56,878 nt of DNA from a virus. How positions within the stretch are numbered: position 1 is the first letter of the stretch; every line of letters begins with the position of its first letter. The position numbers and the translations under genes were made by a program. The notes beneath the pieces are model-generated. The model ran no database searches. It saw nothing but the letters and a program-made list of their open reading frames with translations, and was not told where the DNA came from. Shown in pieces: positions 53,875 through 56,878 of this stretch. The stretch lies in IMG/VR virus record IMGVR_UViG_3300045988_061299. One strand, 5' to 3'.

Positions 53875-54603
53875 TTAAAATGGTGGTTCATCTCCTTTCC
53901 TTAAAATCCAACTCTTACCCTGTTCCGCAACGTCCACATTCGCCACATTTACAGCATTTTTCATCTTCTCGATAAAACTATCCTTATCAGCATTTTCACT
54001 TGATAAATGGCACATTATGACGTTCTGCAAGTTGTCTGAATCGTTTGCCTTAACAAAATCACAGGCGGTATCAATGCTTAAATGACCTCTGAAAACGTGA
54101 TTAGCTTTCGGATTGTCGGTATCAACTAAATCCTTGTCATAATTCACACCTAAGAGAATGTGGTTTATGCCCTTAAAACGCCACTTAATCAGCTCTGTGT
54201 CGGTTATATAAAGCAATCTACCCATTTCTTTATGCGTGATTAAAAATCCGTAACAAGGGCATTCTGTTCCATCTGCGTTAGTATGTGTCCATCTGCCATC
54301 TACTGTTGTTAAGTCAAATGCTCTTACAGTAAAATAAGAATTTGCTAGAAACTGATTCATAAGTAAGGCTTTGTATGGCTCACATATAGGAATACCCATA
54401 GTTTCAAAATCTTTTACCGACTTGCTGTGGTCAAGGTGTTTATGGGTGCATAACACACCCACAACATCTTTAATGTTCCAATTCAAGCCTTTTTTTATCT
54501 CCTTAATCGGTATTCCGCAATCAAGGATAAGTACTTCTCCACTGTCGGAAGTTAAGGTGTAGCAATTACCTGTACTTCCTGTTGCGATACATTTAAGTTT
54601 CAT
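53875..54603 (-). CDS. MBL-fold metallo-hydrolase (recombination-associated nuclease candidate)
   Basis: HKHLDHS (HxHxDH) motif. Confidence 0.8.
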   Translation of the reverse strand: MKLKCIATGSTGNCYTLTSDSGEVLILDCGIPIKEIKKGLNWNIKDVVGVLCTHKHLDHSKSVKDFETMGIPICEPYKALLMNQFLANSYFTVRAFDLTTVDGRWTHTNADGTECPCYGFLITHKEMGRLLYITDTELIKWRFKGINHILLGVNYDKDLVDTDNPKANHVFRGHLSIDTACDFVKANDSDNLQNVIMCHLSSENADKDSFIEKMKNAVNVANVDVAEQGKSWILRKGDEPPF

Positions 54604-54769
54604 TCCTTAATTTCTCCGCATCTTCTCTTAACATTATTTTGAATTTTCCACCACACTCACAAACAGCTTTTGCGTCATAAACATTCCAATTTTCATTAGA
54701 ACGTGATTCATCTTTTTGCTGTGGTTTTCCGCACAATTCGCACGCAATTATTATTGGATTTTGTTTCAT
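54593..54769 (-). CDS. zinc-ribbon small protein (58 aa)
   Basis: Hand translation gives MKQNPIIIACELCGKPQQ...CECGGKF.... There is an ATGA overlap with the upstream stop. Confidence 0.4.
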   Translation of the reverse strand: MKQNPIIIACELCGKPQQKDESRSNENWNVYDAKAVCECGGKFKIMLREDAEKLRNET

Positions 54770-55083
54770 ACTTCCACCTCATCATCTTTCGGGAACTGAA
54801 AGAATGGCGAATAATAATAATAACCCCCATCCCTGTATATTCCCTCATTCTCGCTTTTAAAGAATGTTTCTCTAAGCATTTCCATAGCCTTTAAAGCCTT
54901 TTCTTTGCTTGAATACTCTGCTAGCTTCGTGCCGTGCGGTGCGGATATGTTGTGGCAATAAATACAAGCATATTCCACATCTTTGCATTTTCCACTTGCT
55001 ACGCTCAAAGAAAAGAAATTGTACGGCACATCTATTGTTTCGTCTTGGCTAATTATTCTCATAAAACTCCTTTCTGACATCAA
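54766..55083 (-). CDS. hypothetical protein
   Basis: 105-aa ORF. Confidence 0.45.
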   Translation of the reverse strand: MMSERSFMRIISQDETIDVPYNFFSLSVASGKCKDVEYACIYCHNISAPHGTKLAEYSSKEKALKAMEMLRETFFKSENEGIYRDGGYYYYSPFFQFPKDDEVEV

Positions 55084-55444
55084 CTACATTGCACTTTAAT
55101 TTGTAACCCAAATCATCAATCGGTGGTCTCTTGCTCGGACAGCAGATAAAATCTCTACAAATCCTTGGTCTGACCGAATAAATCTCGCACTTTTCCTTTG
55201 ATTTATCATCATTAAGGAACGGACAAGTCATATCCATTGTCGGTGTAGCTGTCGGATAATTATGCCTACGTTCCTTGATATGATGTTTTTTAATGTACTT
55301 GTGGATTGTTGTAATTTCATCTTCCGTCATAGGAAGTATGTTACTGCAGCAATTACCGCATTGAGTACATTCTCCATTACAAGTCAAATCATATACGCCG
55401 CTATTCATATCAGACATCATCTGTTCTAAACTCGCTGATTTCAT
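55049..55444 (-). CDS. YkgJ-family cysteine-cluster protein
   Basis: AGGAG precedes the ATG at 55444. Motifs are CTQCGNCC, CPFL and CRDFIC. Confidence 0.55.
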   Translation of the reverse strand: MKSASLEQMMSDMNSGVYDLTCNGECTQCGNCCSNILPMTEDEITTIHKYIKKHHIKERRHNYPTATPTMDMTCPFLNDDKSKEKCEIYSVRPRICRDFICCPSKRPPIDDLGYKLKCNVVDVRKEFYENN

Positions 55445-55448
55445 AGGC

Positions 55449-56516
55449 TTACTCCTGCATAAATGGTGGCAACGTGCTGTCTGTTTGTTCTTCTGTTGCT
55501 TCTGTGGCCGTGGTGTCAACTACATCTGCCTTATCTTCTATAAACTCAACAGTATTAGCGTTTTCAGCAATTTCAGCCTGTGCAACTTGATATACCTCGT
55601 CCATTTCAATCTGTGCCTGTCTAGCCATAGGATCATAGTTCTTAGGGTATTTCCTTGTAGCGTTGTTGCACATTTTTCTCTGAATCATACTCTCTGGCGT
55701 ATCAAGCCAAGCACCGCTGATGAATGGTCTTGCAATTTCACATTCAAGCATTTCATCTACTGTCTTGCATGCTCTTAAAGCATTAAGTATCTCGTCTTTT
55801 TTAGCCTTAATTTCTGCTTTCTGCTTTGGCGTAGCCTTATATCTATCCTCGCATACTCCAAAGGTACTGTTCATCATATTCTGCTTTACATGAGCCAACA
55901 GATTAACCTTAACACTATCCCTGTCAGCAGAAAGATATGTAACCGTTCCGTCTAACAACTTAACAGGATATACAACTCTTACCGCCTTATCGGATAACCC
56001 TTTTTCTTCCCATTCTGGTTCTGTAATAGAAAGCCCTTTGTGTTTAGGCGGAATATACACATCTCCCTCTTTGATAACCCAATATGGATAAACTGTATCA
56101 ACATTCTTTCCATAGTTAGATAAAAGTGAATCATAGCCTGTTCCCTCAATTCCCATTTCAACCTGTTTCTGCCATATATCTTTACCTGTCTGTGGGTCAG
56201 TGCCTACTTTTACATTTCTTAACTGGAAATAACACTCCCTTGGATATGCACTAGCATTTAACTTAAGACTTGCACAACGCTTGACAATCCCCCTTAAATT
56301 GCTTGTATCAAGATTACCCATATTAATCTTAGGGTCATTCTTAACAAGATTAAATATGCTTGTCATTGCTTCCATAGCACACTCTTTAGCATAATCATCC
56401 ATATTCATTCCGCAAGACTTGTAATCATCAATGATAAGACCTGTGATTGCATTACTCCACTCACTTAATGATGTTGTAAATGCTTTCTTTTCTGCAACTG
56501 CTGTTGTTTCTGCCAT
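55449..56516 (-). CDS. RecT-like single-strand annealing protein
   Basis: Called from its position beside the Rad50-like ATPase, MBL hydrolase and SSB genes. The core reads YFQLRN...GIEGTGYDSLL. The C-terminus is acidic. Confidence 0.55.
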   Translation of the reverse strand: MAETTAVAEKKAFTTSLSEWSNAITGLIIDDYKSCGMNMDDYAKECAMEAMTSIFNLVKNDPKINMGNLDTSNLRGIVKRCASLKLNASAYPRECYFQLRNVKVGTDPQTGKDIWQKQVEMGIEGTGYDSLLSNYGKNVDTVYPYWVIKEGDVYIPPKHKGLSITEPEWEEKGLSDKAVRVVYPVKLLDGTVTYLSADRDSVKVNLLAHVKQNMMNSTFGVCEDRYKATPKQKAEIKAKKDEILNALRACKTVDEMLECEIARPFISGAWLDTPESMIQRKMCNNATRKYPKNYDPMARQAQIEMDEVYQVAQAEIAENANTVEFIEDKADVVDTTATEATEEQTDSTLPPFMQE

Positions 56517-56518
56517 AA

Positions 56519-56878
56519 TTAGTTTTCCTCCACTTCTTTAAATTCGCCATCTACTAATTTGTAGAATGTATCTTCTTTGATTCGCTCTCCGTCAACATAT
56601 TCGGTCTTAACGCATTTAGGAATCCAAATGCAGAAACCTTTTTCATCTTCATCATCCGTTCTTACCCATTCAGCAAGTGTTATCCAGCTACCTTTTTTAG
56701 CTTTTGCCCGCGACTGATAGCCTGCTGCCATAACAACTGAATGTTTACCCTTGGATGTAATTTTTGCGTAATCTCCGCTACTGCCAATCTGTGCGTAATC
56801 TCCGCTACTGCCAATCTGTGCGTAATTTCCACTACTGCCAATCTGTGCGTAATCTCCGCTACTGCCAATCTGTGCGGA
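56519..56878 (-). CDS. C-terminal part of the DUF7666-like repeat protein (continues from 1..501 across the window edge)
   Basis: The frame of the listed ORF 56519..56731 stays open upstream through the repeats (SAQIGSSGDYAQIGSSGNYAQIGSSGDYAKITSKGKHSVVMAAGYQ...) to the window end. It is in phase with 1..501. Confidence 0.6.
   Translation of the reverse strand, partial: SAQIGSSGDYAQIGSSGNYAQIGSSGDYAQIGSSGDYAKITSKGKHSVVMAAGYQSRAKAKKGSWITLAEWVRTDDEDEKGFCIWIPKCVKTEYVDGERIKEDTFYKLVDGEFKEVEEN
56768..56878 (-). repeat. 27-bp tandem repeat, about 4.1 copies, same family as 1..135
   Basis: The last 30 nt (gtaatctccgctactgccaatctgtgcgga) are identical to nt 1..30. Confidence 0.9.

Overview
The window reads as a complete, circularly closed genome (about 56.8 kb) of a temperate siphovirus-type phage from a low-GC Gram-positive (Clostridia-like) host. 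The contig was opened inside a 27-bp coding tandem repeat: the last 30 nt equal the first 30 nt, and one gene runs in frame across the edge. Nearly all genes are on the minus strand and are tightly packed, often with ATGA or TAATG start/stop overlaps.

Gene order, reading the minus strand downward from the switch:
- Switch: a CI-like repressor switch at 5.6 kb with two back-to-back consensus promoters.
- Early-left operon: antirepressor, tandem-OB SSB-like protein, Rad50/SbcC-like ATPase, repeat protein, RecT-like protein, MBL-fold hydrolase, YopX, DUF1653, and canonical SSB.
- Further early genes: GIY-YIG nuclease, radical SAM enzyme, DNA methyltransferase, replisome organizer and G39P-like helicase loader.
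- Integration module: Xis-like protein, tyrosine integrase, and an attP-like repeat field at 42.3-42.65 kb.
- Cargo operon: five genes at 39.3-42.1 kb encoding unusual low-complexity, Gly/Cys-rich and C1q/TNF-like proteins.
- A small accessory region at 34.3-39.2 kb: a second XRE switch, a plus-strand block that looks richer in G+C, and tRNA-like minihelices.
- Packaging and RNA genes: a candidate terS, MazG, and a 1.27-kb coding-free tRNA and structured-RNA island at 31.03-32.30 kb.
- Late genes: terL, portal, scaffold, capsid, connectors, tail, tape measure, a 1431-aa tail fibre and a GH25 endolysin.

No homology search or RNA folding could be run. Product calls rest on motifs I recognise in the translations, gene order and hand-checked base pairing.

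The most unusual items are:
- about 0.9 kb of highly structured non-tRNA sequence interleaved with the tRNAs;
- a degenerate tRNA-like gene whose loop centre reads UUA;
- covarying acceptor/T-arm minihelices;
- a 28-bp inverted repeat enclosing 245 nt in the early operon;
- the cargo operon next to attP;
- a lipoprotein gene inside the tail module;
- a holin-like gene pair inside the connector module.
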